Source: Cyanophyceae cyanobacterium
GTDB taxonomy: Bacteria > Cyanobacteriota > Cyanobacteriia > Cyanobacteriales > JBHJGN01
Direction of reading: 5' to 3'
Length of the DNA stretch: 64,000 nucleotides
Assembly (NCBI GenBank): GCA_050331735.1
Contig: JBHJGN010000011.1
Location: 224,001 to 288,000 of the forward strand
A program made the translations under genes and the position numbers. Of this stretch, positions 41,176 to 51,103 are shown one piece after another (positions within the stretch are counted from its first letter, which is position 1; every line of letters begins with the position of its first letter). The notes under the pieces were generated by a model that was not told the DNA's origin, made no database searches, and worked only from the letters and a program-made list of their open reading frames with translations.

Positions 41176-42303
41176 ATGACTCAGCATTCCTTTCAAAAAC
41201 TTAATTCAAAAGCCGCGACCCTCAAGGGCTATTTTGGGCAAGGATTTAGTTTCACTATTGGGCTTCTAGGATCTCTGTTCTGGGGGCAATCAGCCGTCGC
41301 TACAGGCTCATTAGCCTCTGATCCTCTCCTGCTCATGTCTCCACCTCAAACAGCTCCCGTTACTCCCGCTCCGATATTAGTCCCAACTCCAGCACCAAAG
41401 CCACGGGTCACTCAGCCTTTACCGGCTCCGCAGGTCATTGTCCCCTCGGTATCTACTCCCGCGTCTTTGCCAGCGTCTGCTTCCTCTGCGTCAATTGCTC
41501 AGCAACCGAAAGGGAAAAATAGTTTTGTAGACGCAACTCGCTACTCAGGGCAAGCTCTTGCTTCACCGCCTGCTGCCGTAGTCTTAACAGAACGGGCAAC
41601 GGGATGCTCAACGGTGGTGAGTAATGGTCAACTCCAAAGCGGCAACTGTGGTAGCGTCGCTCAGCCAAAGCTGACTCCTCAGCCAGCCCCGGCAGCAACG
41701 GGAGGCTTGCCTGCCGCTCCCGCCGCTATCGCTAGCAGAGTCTCTCAACAAGGAATTAGTAGTTCTGGGGTCACGCCAGCCGCCGCCACCGTTCCTCCTC
41801 AGTATCACCGGGCAACGGTTCAGTTACCTGATAACGGAGATACCGCCCTGCTGTTTCCTTTGTCGATTCCGGCGACCGTTAGTTCTGCCTTCGGCTGGCG
41901 CGTTCATCCGATTGCTGGAACGCAGCGGATGCACACCGGAACCGATCTGGCAGCCCCAATGGGGACGCCTGTTCTGGCTGCTTATTCTGGGGAAGTGGCT
42001 GTTGCTGATTCCTTGGGCGGCTACGGATTAACGGTCGTTCTGCGCCACGAGGCAGGAACCCAAGAATCGCGCTATGCTCATCTCTCGAAGATTTTGGTCA
42101 ACCTTGGCGACTGGGTTGACCAAGGAACAGTGATTGGGCTCGTGGGCAATACTGGATATTCAACGGGGCCTCATCTCCATTTTGAGTGGCGACACCTCAC
42201 TCATTCCGGTTGGGTAGCCGTCGATGCCGGGCTTCACCTGGAGTACGCAATGGAGCAAATGATGCGTTCTCTAGAAGAAATAGCGGAAGCGGATATCAAG
42301 TAA
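41176..42303 (+). CDS. M23 family metallopeptidase
   Basis: Pro/Ala-rich N-terminus, HTGTDL, YAHL and STGPHLHFE motifs. Confidence 0.9.
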   Translation: MTQHSFQKLNSKAATLKGYFGQGFSFTIGLLGSLFWGQSAVATGSLASDPLLLMSPPQTAPVTPAPILVPTPAPKPRVTQPLPAPQVIVPSVSTPASLPASASSASIAQQPKGKNSFVDATRYSGQALASPPAAVVLTERATGCSTVVSNGQLQSGNCGSVAQPKLTPQPAPAATGGLPAAPAAIASRVSQQGISSSGVTPAAATVPPQYHRATVQLPDNGDTALLFPLSIPATVSSAFGWRVHPIAGTQRMHTGTDLAAPMGTPVLAAYSGEVAVADSLGGYGLTVVLRHEAGTQESRYAHLSKILVNLGDWVDQGTVIGLVGNTGYSTGPHLHFEWRHLTHSGWVAVDAGLHLEYAMEQMMRSLEEIAEADIK

Positions 42304-42370
42304 GTCACTTCGCGACGGGGAAGAGGCAAAATGGCGAGTTTCCTCAACCCTTTCCCCGTCCCGCAGGCGC
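42304..42370. repeat. composite palindromic intergenic repeat, short copy D
   Basis: GTCAC-TTC-GCGAC-GGGGAAG...CCCTTTCCCC-GTCCC-GCA-GGCGC, filling the gap between two convergent stop codons. Confidence 0.7.
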
Positions 42371-43062
42371 TATAGGTAGCCGTTTTCTGCTAGAAAAGAG
42401 AAATTGATCGCTTCTTGGGGCTCTTGAGCTGCGTCAGGAAGGCGATCGCTAATCAGCTTATCAACGTATTTCCCTAAAATATCGCCCTCTAAATTGACCA
42501 GATCGCCCAGTTTGAGAGTGTAGAGATTGGTTTCTGCATAGGTGTGCGGGATGACGGCTGCCTTGAACCAGCTACTGTCGGTGGCGCAGGCTGCCACCGT
42601 TAAGCTAATACCGTTGACGGCGATACTGCCTTTTGGCACCAAATAGCGAGCAATGGTGCGCTGCCACTGTTGGGCGTTCGATGGCGGAGCAGCAAAGGTC
42701 ATTTCCCAAGCCTGCGCCGTTTGCAGTAATTCTACTAAGCAGCCAACGCCATCTACATGACCCGTCACAAAATGACCGCCTAGCTTGCTGCCAACCCGCA
42801 TCGAGGTTTCTAGGTTCACAGAGGCCTCCCGGTGGCGCTGCCCTAACGTTGTTCGAGCTAACGTTTCTGGAGAAGCGGTCGCGACAAACCCATCAAGGAT
42901 TTTTTCTTCCACCGTCAGACAAACGCCATCTACCGCTACGCTGTCACCGATGGCTAAATCGGATAAGATAAGGCCAGAGTGACTTCCTGAGAGCGTGATT
43001 TTATATTGTTCTTTGCCAATGAGTTGAAGGATTCCTAAAGATTGTACTAATCCAGTAAACAC
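42370..43062 (-). CDS. ribE: riboflavin synthase alpha chain
   Basis: MFTGLV, GDSVAVDGVCLT, GGHFVTGHVD and KGSIAVNGISLT motifs. Confidence 0.95.
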   Translation of the reverse strand: MFTGLVQSLGILQLIGKEQYKITLSGSHSGLILSDLAIGDSVAVDGVCLTVEEKILDGFVATASPETLARTTLGQRHREASVNLETSMRVGSKLGGHFVTGHVDGVGCLVELLQTAQAWEMTFAAPPSNAQQWQRTIARYLVPKGSIAVNGISLTVAACATDSSWFKAAVIPHTYAETNLYTLKLGDLVNLEGDILGKYVDKLISDRLPDAAQEPQEAINFSFLAENGYL

Positions 43063-43406
43063 GGTTTTTAGAATGGAAATAGATAATCAAAACAAAATGA
43101 ATCGTCTGTACGCACTGCCATTGTAGACATTTTTCGTTTAAGTTGAACTTATTAGTCTTATGCTTGGGCATACTGTGAGAGGACATAATGGCTGAATGAG
43201 CGCTGAGGCATAAGCTCATGATTGTAGTGATCGAGGCAGTCGGAGAAGCCCGCTCCTTAAAATGGGTGCCGTCGCTCGCGGCGGCTCAATGCGCTGCTGC
43301 CCCTTTCCCCCTCCGGCTTCGACAGTGTACCTTGAGTATTAGCCCAATAAGATCGGAATTGAGTCTGTCTTTATTTAGTGCCAACCGTGTTTTAGAGGCT
43401 AAGTCA

Positions 43407-43910
43407 ATGATAGAAATGAAAGTTGCTGGTATTGCTCTAGATGCCGTTACTAGAAGCCCCATTGTATTACTTAAAGACGGCTCGGAGCGGCGTGCTCTCC
43501 CCATCTATATTGGTCAGGATCAGGCAAAGTCGATTATTAGTGCTTTAGAAAACCAAAAATCTCCGCGCCCCCTCACCCACGACCTGATCGTAAATTTATT
43601 CGATGCCTGGGAGATGGACTTAGAGAAAATCATTATCCATTCGCTTCAGGACAATACCTTCTATGCTGTCCTGTCTCTCCAGAGAGGAGAGGTTAAGAAA
43701 GAAATTGACTGTCGCCCGAGCGATGCGATCGCCATTGCCCTTCGTACCGACAGCCCCATTTGGGTATTAGAGGAAGTGGTAGCAGATGCGTCGATTCCGG
43801 TTGATAGAGATGCCGATGAGGAAGAAAGGCAGGCATTCAAAGAGTTTGTGGCTAATCTCCGCCCTGAAGATATTATTCAGCGGGGACGTTCGGGCGGCGG
43901 TGATTCATAA
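43407..43910 (+). CDS. bifunctional nuclease family protein (DUF151)
   Basis: MIEMKVAGIALD, LPIYIG, RPLTHDL and DCRPSDAIAIA motifs. ATG at 43407. Confidence 0.92.
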   Translation: MIEMKVAGIALDAVTRSPIVLLKDGSERRALPIYIGQDQAKSIISALENQKSPRPLTHDLIVNLFDAWEMDLEKIIIHSLQDNTFYAVLSLQRGEVKKEIDCRPSDAIAIALRTDSPIWVLEEVVADASIPVDRDADEEERQAFKEFVANLRPEDIIQRGRSGGGDS

Positions 43911-44049
43911 AGTTTTCATGGGTGCTGAGACGCTGAGCCATGCGGAGCTCTGACTGGCTATGTTGGGGAGAAGCTCGTCAAGCGTCTTCATGAGGATCGT
44001 TGAGAGTGTTGAGCCGTGGGATGAGAGTAAAGTTTAGAGCGACACAGAC

Positions 44050-45171
44050 ATGCGCTATCGGCGGTTTGGACGAACCAATTTGCAGATATCAGTGTTCTCC
44101 TTAGGAACCATGCGCTGCTTAGCTTCTGAGCTAGAGGCTCAGCAAACAATCGAGCAGGCCGTTGCCCAAGGCATTAATCATTTAGAAACAGCTCAGGGAT
44201 ACGGAAAAAGCGAGCAATACCTCGGCCTAGCTCTGACGCAGTTAGCTGTCCCAAGAGAGCAGCTAATCGTCACCACTAAACTGCCTCCAACGGCTGATGC
44301 GGCCTCGATGCGCCGAGGAATTGCTCAGTCCTTAGAGCGCCTCCAGCTCGACTATCTAGACTGTCTGGCGATTCATGGCCTCAACACCTGGGAGCATCTG
44401 GCTTGGATCGCCAAGCCAAATGGCTGTATGCAGGCCGTACGAGAGGCGATTACCGATGGACAAGTGCATCACGTTGGCTTTTCGACTCACGGAGCTTTAG
44501 AGCTCATTCTCGCGGCGATCGACACAGAGCTGTTTGAGTTTGTTAATCTTCACTATTATTTATTTTTCCAGCGCCATCAAATCGCCATTGAACGAGCCTT
44601 TCAAAGGGACATGGGCATATTTATCATTTCTCCTGCCGACAAAGGAGGTCGTTTGTATACTCCTCCCCCAACGTTAGTGCAGCTCTGCCAGCCGTTTTCT
44701 CCTCTGGAGCTGAACACCCGCTTTTTGTTGAGCGATCGCCGCATCACCACTCTCAGCGTTGGTCCGGCAAACCCCAAGGAACTCGCTGCTCCCCTTGTCG
44801 CCAATGACAAGCCGTTGACAACCGCAGAAAGCAGCGCTCTCGCTCGCCTAGAGGGTCACCTTCAGCAAACACTTGGGACAGAGCGCTGTAGCCAATGTTA
44901 TCAGTGCCTGCCCTGTCCCGAGCAAATTAATATTCCAGAAGTACTGCGGCTGCGGAACTTGGCGGTCGCTTATGATATGACCGATTTTGGCCAATACCGC
45001 TACCGCATGTTTGAAAACGCTGGTCACTGGTTTTGGGGGCGCAAAGGCGATCGCTGCACTAGCTGCGGTGACTGTTTACCCCGCTGTCCCCAAGGATTAA
45101 ATATTCCCTCGCTGCTAGCCGATACTCATCAGCGCCTCAATGGTTCTCCTCGTCGTCGGCTGTGGGAGTAA
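44050..45171 (+). CDS. aldo/keto reductase with C-terminal 4Fe-4S domain
   Basis: MRYRRFGRT, LGTMR, GFSTHG, CSQCYQCLPCP and CTSCGDCLPRCP motifs. Confidence 0.9.
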   Translation: MRYRRFGRTNLQISVFSLGTMRCLASELEAQQTIEQAVAQGINHLETAQGYGKSEQYLGLALTQLAVPREQLIVTTKLPPTADAASMRRGIAQSLERLQLDYLDCLAIHGLNTWEHLAWIAKPNGCMQAVREAITDGQVHHVGFSTHGALELILAAIDTELFEFVNLHYYLFFQRHQIAIERAFQRDMGIFIISPADKGGRLYTPPPTLVQLCQPFSPLELNTRFLLSDRRITTLSVGPANPKELAAPLVANDKPLTTAESSALARLEGHLQQTLGTERCSQCYQCLPCPEQINIPEVLRLRNLAVAYDMTDFGQYRYRMFENAGHWFWGRKGDRCTSCGDCLPRCPQGLNIPSLLADTHQRLNGSPRRRLWE

Positions 45172-45234
45172 GCATCAAAAATTAGTCACTTCAAAGCGAG
45201 GATGCTGTATGACAACAGTTTGCAATATTGAGCG

Positions 45235-45708
45235 ATGAGTAAGATAGCTGCTTGGATACCAGTGTTGCTTCTGTTGGCTAACCTTCCTGCCTCGGCTCAG
45301 CCTCCCGTGTCGGCTGCTTGCCGTGCGCCGTTAACGACGAACAACATTTTCAATGAGGAAACTATCAGCGCCACAGGATCAACAATTCCTAGTCTTTGGT
45401 GGGCGAAAGCACAGTTCGACCCGTTTTCGGGTAAGCTCATTAGTAGCTGGAGAGCGGATCGGCAAGCACGTCGTATCGATCTTGTCGTCAACCGTCAGCT
45501 TTGGTCTCTATTAAACTACTTAAAACGCTATCGCTTTGTTAACAATTTTGGAACAGTCGCCAGAGATTATCAGTACAATCTGAGAGTTTTTAATCAGCAA
45601 CAACAGTGCTTAGCTACTTATACCTGTGATTTTAGTGCTCCTCTTCCCCGCTGTCAAATTGAGTTTACGCCCCTCGAGCGCAACACCTTTCAAGTTGAAG
45701 CAGAATAA
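45235..45708 (+). CDS. exported hypothetical protein
   Basis: Signal peptide ending ASA-Q and PSLWW...W...RY.FV..FGTVAR.Y.YN.RVFN. Confidence 0.7.
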   Translation: MSKIAAWIPVLLLLANLPASAQPPVSAACRAPLTTNNIFNEETISATGSTIPSLWWAKAQFDPFSGKLISSWRADRQARRIDLVVNRQLWSLLNYLKRYRFVNNFGTVARDYQYNLRVFNQQQQCLATYTCDFSAPLPRCQIEFTPLERNTFQVEAE

Positions 45709-45894
45709 AGCGCTGGGGCAAGATAGAATGTACCGGAAGAATCCTGAGTCAGGAACTCAGTGTTCTGCCAGAGCTGCCTCCGGCAGGCTGAGCGTCATTC
45801 ACTCTACAATTTCCCCTGTCCTTTCTACTGCTCGTGTGCAGTTCGCTCAATATAAAGATAGGATCGTTTATTAGAATCTCGTCAAGAACTAACC

Positions 45895-46416
45895 ATGCCT
45901 AGAACACAGCGGAACGATAATTTTATTGATAAGAGCTTCACCGTCATGGCAGATATGATTTTGAAAGTTCTGCCGACGAACAAGCAGGCCAAAGAAGCTT
46001 TTGCGTATTACCGCGATGGTATGTCTGCTCAAGCAGATGGCGAATACGCCGAGGCTTTAGAAAACTACCAAGAAGCTCTCAAGCTCGAGGAAAATCCGAT
46101 CGACCGCAGCTTTATTCTTTACAATACTGGTCTTATCCATGCCAGCAATGGAGAGTACGAGAAAGCGCTGAAGTACTACTTTGAGGCCATCGATCTGAAT
46201 CCGAAAATGCCACAGGCGCTCAATAATATTGCCGTGCTGTATCATCATCAAGGGGAGAAGCTAAAAGAGGGTGGCCGTTCAGAAGAAGCAGAAGACCTGT
46301 TTGACAAAGCGGCAGAATATTGGAAGCAAGCTATTCGTATTGCCCCAAACAACTACATTGAGGCACAAAACTGGCTCAAAACCACCGGACGCTCCGAAAT
46401 GGACGTGTATTTCTAG
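45895..46416 (+). CDS. ycf3: photosystem I assembly protein Ycf3
   Basis: [15 protein letters not shown]...[18 protein letters not shown]...[13 protein letters not shown]. Confidence 0.98.
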   Translation: MPRTQRNDNFIDKSFTVMADMILKVLPTNKQAKEAFAYYRDGMSAQADGEYAEALENYQEALKLEENPIDRSFILYNTGLIHASNGEYEKALKYYFEAIDLNPKMPQALNNIAVLYHHQGEKLKEGGRSEEAEDLFDKAAEYWKQAIRIAPNNYIEAQNWLKTTGRSEMDVYF

Positions 46417-46556
46417 CTGCACTGCTGCCTTTTAGGTATGTGCCAATACTATCGAGGAATAGGCTGACTTGAGCAAATCTTAATGTTCTTGTCAGCCCGA
46501 GATCGCTTAATTATTTACCGTTGCTTGTCGATCTTTACTAGCTACCAACCGAAACA

Positions 46557-46856
46557 ATGACAATTGACAAAGAGCAAGTGCAAAAAGTAGCCCGTCTCGC
46601 TCGCTTAGAACTGACACCGGAAGAAGAAGAGACTTTTACGACTCAGCTCAGCAGCATTTTAGAGTATTTTGAACAGTTGAGCGAGCTGGATACCGATGAT
46701 GTCCCGCCCACCTCAAGGGCCATTGACGTCAGTAACGTCATGCGTCCAGACGAATTACAGCCGGTTACAGAGCGAGAAGCCCTGCTAAACGAAGCGCCAG
46801 CAAGAGAAGGCGACTTCTTCAGAGTCCCGCAAATCCTGAGTTCGGACGAAGACTAA
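46557..46856 (+). CDS. gatC: Asp/Glu-tRNA amidotransferase subunit C
   Basis: VQKVARLARL, L.ELDT..V.PT, R.D and FFRVPQI motifs. Confidence 0.95.
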   Translation: MTIDKEQVQKVARLARLELTPEEEETFTTQLSSILEYFEQLSELDTDDVPPTSRAIDVSNVMRPDELQPVTEREALLNEAPAREGDFFRVPQILSSDED

Positions 46857-46932
46857 AATGAGAGGCATCTCAGATTGCAAGAATCCTCAATTCCAATTTT
46901 TCTGGGAACAGTTGCGCCTCGACAAATTATCA

Positions 46933-46959
46933 GTTACATTTGTTTACGTTGTTTACAAA
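46933..46959 (+). promoter_or_regulatory. HLR1-like (RpaB) direct repeat upstream of the hli gene
   Basis: GTTACATT-TG-TTTACGTT-G-TTTACAAA resembles the HLR1 consensus (G/T)TTACA(T/A)(T/A)-N2 repeat. Confidence 0.7.
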
Positions 46960-46982
46960 ACGTAACCACAAGGGGAATGATT

Positions 46983-47144
46983 ATGGAAACCATGAACAAG
47001 GAAAACCGTAACGACATCAAGTTCGGCTTTACTCCTCAAGCCGAGAACTGGAATGGCCGTCTTGCCATGATTGGATTTGCGGCTGCGTTAATCATCGAGT
47101 ACGTTTCGGGTGAAGGAGTGCTGCACTTCTGGGGCTTAATGTAG
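46983..47144 (+). CDS. high light-inducible protein (HLIP/SCP)
   Basis: [20 protein letters not shown] chlorophyll-binding motif. Start could be 46977, 46983 or 46992. Confidence 0.95.
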   Translation: METMNKENRNDIKFGFTPQAENWNGRLAMIGFAAALIIEYVSGEGVLHFWGLM

Positions 47145-47179
47145 TTCCTTGATTTACAACAACCTCTGTCTTTCTATTT

Positions 47180-47207
47180 AACTGGGTGTTTTCAACCCAG
47201 TTTTTTT
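47180..47207 (+). terminator. intrinsic terminator after the hli gene
   Basis: ACTGGGT-GTTTTCA-ACCCAGT followed by a T run. Confidence 0.8.
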
Positions 47208-47309
47208 CGTGAGAAGCTGGAGGATGGCGCCAAACATTTAACCGGCTGACTCGTTAACAAGCCGCCCAAACGGCTCCATCCTCGATTTTGGGAGCTTCAA
47301 AAGTTGACG

Positions 47310-48428
47310 TTAGCGAATGTATTCTTTGAGAATACTGTTTCGGTTAGGATGTCGTAGCTTACGCAGCGCTTTAGCCTCGATTTGGCGAATCCGTTCGCGA
47401 GTGACATTAAAGATCTGACCAATTTCCTCGAGGGTTTTCATCCGGCCATCGTCTAGGCCGTAGCGCAACCTCAGTACGTCTCGTTCTCTAGGACTTAACG
47501 TATCAAGAACGCTTTCGAGATCCTCTCTGAGCAGATTCTTAGAGACTTCATCTTCAGGCGTTTCGCCATCGGCTTCGATAAAGTCGCCCAAGCGAGAATC
47601 TTCTTCCTTGCCAATGGGAGTTTCTAAAGAGATCGGTAGTTGAGCGGATTTAGCAATAAAGCGCAGTTTCTCGATAGTCATTTCCATGCGCTCAGCAATC
47701 TCTTCCTCTGTCGGCTTTCGCCCCATTTCTTGAGAGAGCACTTTGGTGGTTTTCTTAATGCGAGAAATGGTTTCGTAGAGGTGAACAGGGAGACGAATAG
47801 TGCGAGACTGGTCGGCGATCGCTCGCGTAATTGCCTGCCGAATCCACCAGGTGGCGTAGGTTGAGAATTTATATCCCTTCTCGTGGTCAAATTTTTCGGC
47901 TGCTCGAATCAAGCCAAGAGAACCTTCCTGAATCAAGTCTTGGAAAGACAAGCCTCGGTTCATATACTTTTTGGCAATTGAGACAACAAGACGAAGATTG
48001 GACTGTACCATCTTGTCCTTGGCACGCCGTCCGACGAAGAGCCGTCTGCGAAAGGCAGGTAGCTCCATCTCCGCTGCCTGCGCCCACTCTAAAGTTTTTG
48101 GTTCGCGCCGCAGTTGATCGACGAGTCGTTCGCGGGTTCTTTCTAACTCCAGTAAGTCAGCAATCTTGCGGGCTAGTTCAATCTCTTCTTCTGCTCGCAG
48201 CAGCCGGATACGACCGATCTCTTGAAGATAGATCCGAATTGAATCTTCCGTGTAAAGCTTTTTTTTCCCCGGTTCGCGCCGACGATTTTTCGCTTTTTTA
48301 CTTTTTTGTCCTGATTCGGAAGCTGCCGAGTCTAATTCACCTTTGGCAGTTCCTGCTTCGTCAAATAAAACTTCAAACTCATCGGGCGGCTGAGTCATAG
48401 TTGCGAGAACTTCGTTAGCCTGCGTCAT
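47310..48428 (-). CDS. sigA: primary (group 1) RNA polymerase sigma factor
   Basis: [61 protein letters not shown] and [18 protein letters not shown]. Confidence 0.95.
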   Translation of the reverse strand: MTQANEVLATMTQPPDEFEVLFDEAGTAKGELDSAASESGQKSKKAKNRRREPGKKKLYTEDSIRIYLQEIGRIRLLRAEEEIELARKIADLLELERTRERLVDQLRREPKTLEWAQAAEMELPAFRRRLFVGRRAKDKMVQSNLRLVVSIAKKYMNRGLSFQDLIQEGSLGLIRAAEKFDHEKGYKFSTYATWWIRQAITRAIADQSRTIRLPVHLYETISRIKKTTKVLSQEMGRKPTEEEIAERMEMTIEKLRFIAKSAQLPISLETPIGKEEDSRLGDFIEADGETPEDEVSKNLLREDLESVLDTLSPRERDVLRLRYGLDDGRMKTLEEIGQIFNVTRERIRQIEAKALRKLRHPNRNSILKEYIR

Positions 48429-49101
48429 GCCGTTTTCCTCTTGCTCCTTCAGTGCAAACTAAAAGATAGTGTGCCTAAACTAACCAGCTAGGTAAGTTTA
48501 TCGTGTACGTTTTTTGCTTACTCAAGAGATCGCTTCCTGATCGGGTAACGCCGAGCCAGCAGCTAAAGCAGTGGCCTAACTTAGTTGACCAGGATAAGAG
48601 CGATTCAGGTGCAGTAAAAAACTTTTTCGATTGTAGCTTTGATTACAGCAAATGGCTGAAGAAATTTAATTACGTCAGTGCATAATGTAATAAATTTTAT
48701 ACTTAACAAGTATCATACATAGATTCAAACTATTTCACTTGCTAACGAAGAGTTTTACGCTCCTCGCGCCTCTTATGCCTCAATCGAGAACAAACGGCCC
48801 TGAGTACTAGCCTAGCTAATTCAAGCTCTTTAATTCTGAATTATTCACTGTAGGTTAAGTTTAACAATCTTTTCTTGCTGTGCTCTGACACTAACAATTT
48901 CTTAACAGATCCAGCCGTTGAGCGCCATTTTAGTTTAGTAAGCTTTAGTTATTGTAATAGTTATTGGAGTAAGCGATAGTAAAACGGCGCTGATGTAAAG
49001 TTTGTGTCAAGCGGAGCCTGAGCAAAAGTGAATAGTTGAGGGATTTTGCTTGTTTCCTTCTTCCCTGGGCTCTTGACCTGCTTTAATGTCAACCTATTTC
49101 C

Positions 49102-49767
49102 CTAGGTTTGCCACATTTGGGCAACTGTAACCAAGCGGTAATGCCGTGCTAAAAGCTGAGGGATCAGAGCAGCGCAGGTTTGAACCACATCTTGTCCTCC
49201 ACAAGAACCATCATGTAAAACGATCAGAGCCCCGTTGTGAAGCTGCGAAAGGACTCGCCGTTGCACAGCCGCAATTCCTGGACGAACCCAATCCTCTGGA
49301 ACAACGCTCCACATCACTATGCGATAGCCTTCAGCACGTAGCTGCCTAAGAATTTGCGGAGTGAATAAACCATTAGGAGGTCTGACATCGCAGACTTGAC
49401 GGGGAGGAATGTGGCAGGCTTGAGCAATAGCTGCTTGAGTAGCGAGTAAACTCTGGCTAAGCGCGGCCTGACTCAAAAAGGGGAAAGCTTGATGAGTATA
49501 TCCATGAAGACCAATCCAGTGTCCCTGTTGAGCAATTTTTCTTGCTAGGTCCGGGTAGCGACGAACGCGATCGCCCAATAAAAAGAAGGTTCCTCGCACC
49601 TGATAGTGGTTGAGTACCTCTAATAGCGCCGGAGTATATTGAGGGTGGGGACCGTCATCGAAAGTCAGAGCAACCGCTCGTCGGTCTTCAGCACCGCTCC
49701 ACAGACAGAGAGGAAAAGCGGGTTTAAGAATACGATATAAAACTGGATATAGAGGAGCAAATTGCAT
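49102..49767 (-). CDS. polysaccharide deacetylase (NodB/CE4)
   Basis: ALTFDDGP, H.IGLHGYTH, RPPNG and IVLHD motifs. Confidence 0.9.
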   Translation of the reverse strand: MQFAPLYPVLYRILKPAFPLCLWSGAEDRRAVALTFDDGPHPQYTPALLEVLNHYQVRGTFFLLGDRVRRYPDLARKIAQQGHWIGLHGYTHQAFPFLSQAALSQSLLATQAAIAQACHIPPRQVCDVRPPNGLFTPQILRQLRAEGYRIVMWSVVPEDWVRPGIAAVQRRVLSQLHNGALIVLHDGSCGGQDVVQTCAALIPQLLARHYRLVTVAQMWQT

Positions 49768-49808
49768 CAGCTTCCCTATCAAATGTAACAACAATACCAA
49801 TTTACCCA

Positions 49809-50306
49809 ATGCCTTTATTCTGTCGTCAGGCAGTCATAGCCGGAGTCATCTTGGGGCTTTATGGCTGTCAGACAGTAACAACCAATCAGTATGAAGCAAC
49901 GGTCGAGACTACTCTGACTTGGCAGGTCAAATACTACCAAGATAGAGATAGAATTCCCCGCCTCGAAACCTTTACCTCTAATACATTAATTAGCCGTAAC
50001 GGATTAAAGTCACCAGAAGCCGTCGTTGGTCCTGACGAAAAAGGGCTGTGGTGGCCTGCTGTTCCCCCCCGACCCACCCCTGAGCAAATAGAACAGCGCC
50101 AGGAGCCAGGAGAGGAGATAGACCGACCAGAACTGCGGCGAACAGCAGACTATCGGATCAGCTATCGCCAAGGAGACCAACAGGTGACTTTCCCGACGAA
50201 TTACGAAGTCTACCGTCAGGTAGCAAGAGCCTATCCTGAACGTCAACCATTGCAGCTTACTATGGGAATCAACGAGCGCTCGGTCACCAAAGCAGAAGTG
50301 CCCTAG
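49809..50306 (+). CDS. hypothetical lipoprotein
   Basis: Hydrophobic leader with lipobox LYGC. Confidence 0.7.
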   Translation: MPLFCRQAVIAGVILGLYGCQTVTTNQYEATVETTLTWQVKYYQDRDRIPRLETFTSNTLISRNGLKSPEAVVGPDEKGLWWPAVPPRPTPEQIEQRQEPGEEIDRPELRRTADYRISYRQGDQQVTFPTNYEVYRQVARAYPERQPLQLTMGINERSVTKAEVP

Positions 50307-50439
50307 GCGCTGGGCAAAGGGGAAAGGGCAAACAGCGACTAGTGACCGAACCAACTAGCTGGGATCACTGTCAAGTCTCTCCCTTTCCTCCTTCCCCTTT
50401 GCCCGTTACGCAGCAACTATTTTCCCGTCGCGGAGCGAC
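50298..50439. repeat. composite palindromic intergenic repeat, copy E
   Basis: GGGCAAAGGGGAAAGGG...CCTTCCCCTTTGCCC, GTTAC-GCA-GCAAC and GTCGC-GGA-GCGAC, between convergent genes. Confidence 0.75.
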
Positions 50440-50445
50440 AGATTC

Positions 50446-51093
50446 TTAATGCCGATTAATCGCTGTTCCGAGTAAACAGGTTTTTTCTAAAATTGCGCCC
50501 TCTAAATTGGCTCCTTCTAGCTCAGCACACAGGAGGTTAGCTCCTGTCAGGTTAGCCCCCGATAGGGTCGCTCCTCTCAAATCCGCTTCCTCTAGGTTGG
50601 ATTCGCTTAAGCTCGCTCCCTGCAAATCTGCCTGAGCGAGATTCGCTCCTTTTAAGTTAGCGCTATTTAAGTTGGCTCCTCGGAGATCGGCTCCTCGGAG
50701 ATCGACTCCCTGAAGGTTAACGCTGGTCAAATTAGCGCCACTCAAGAAGGCTCCGGCTAGCGATGCCTGACTCAACTTGGCGCCCATCAAGTTGGCGCCC
50801 CGCAAATTACTGCCCCGCAGGTCGGCTTCTCTTAAATCGGCCTGCATTAGGTTAGCCCCAAGAAAATTGGCTCGCAGATCGCTTGCTCTTAGTTCAGCAC
50901 CGAGCAAATTGGCTCCATCTAAACGAGCGCCCTGTAAACAAGAGTGGGTTAGAGTAACTCCGACTAAATTGGCTCCTGCCAGATTAGCTCGCTCAAGCTG
51001 AGCTTCAGAAAGATCTTCATCCTGTAGTTCTACACCTGCTAATTGCTTTTTTTTGCCAGCGCGAATTGCTTCTATCATTCCTCCTGCCTGCAC
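50446..51093 (-). CDS. pentapeptide repeat protein
   Basis: Long A(D/N)LxG repeats. Confidence 0.93.
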   Translation of the reverse strand: MQAGGMIEAIRAGKKKQLAGVELQDEDLSEAQLERANLAGANLVGVTLTHSCLQGARLDGANLLGAELRASDLRANFLGANLMQADLREADLRGSNLRGANLMGAKLSQASLAGAFLSGANLTSVNLQGVDLRGADLRGANLNSANLKGANLAQADLQGASLSESNLEEADLRGATLSGANLTGANLLCAELEGANLEGAILEKTCLLGTAINRH

Positions 51094-51103
51094 CTCTTTA
51101 AAT

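Noticed and set aside
43063..43406. FMN riboswitch upstream of ribE, and a 63-aa N-terminal extension of the DUF151 gene
   Set aside because: No FMN aptamer motifs are visible; DUF151 similarity begins at ATG 43407
47831..48400. 189-aa antisense ORF within sigA, and similar shadow ORFs across the window
   Set aside because: Fully overlap conserved genes and show no recognisable motifs
19500..50439. Repeats as a CRISPR array
   Set aside because: Copies are dispersed and variable in length, with no regular repeat-spacer period and no cas genes
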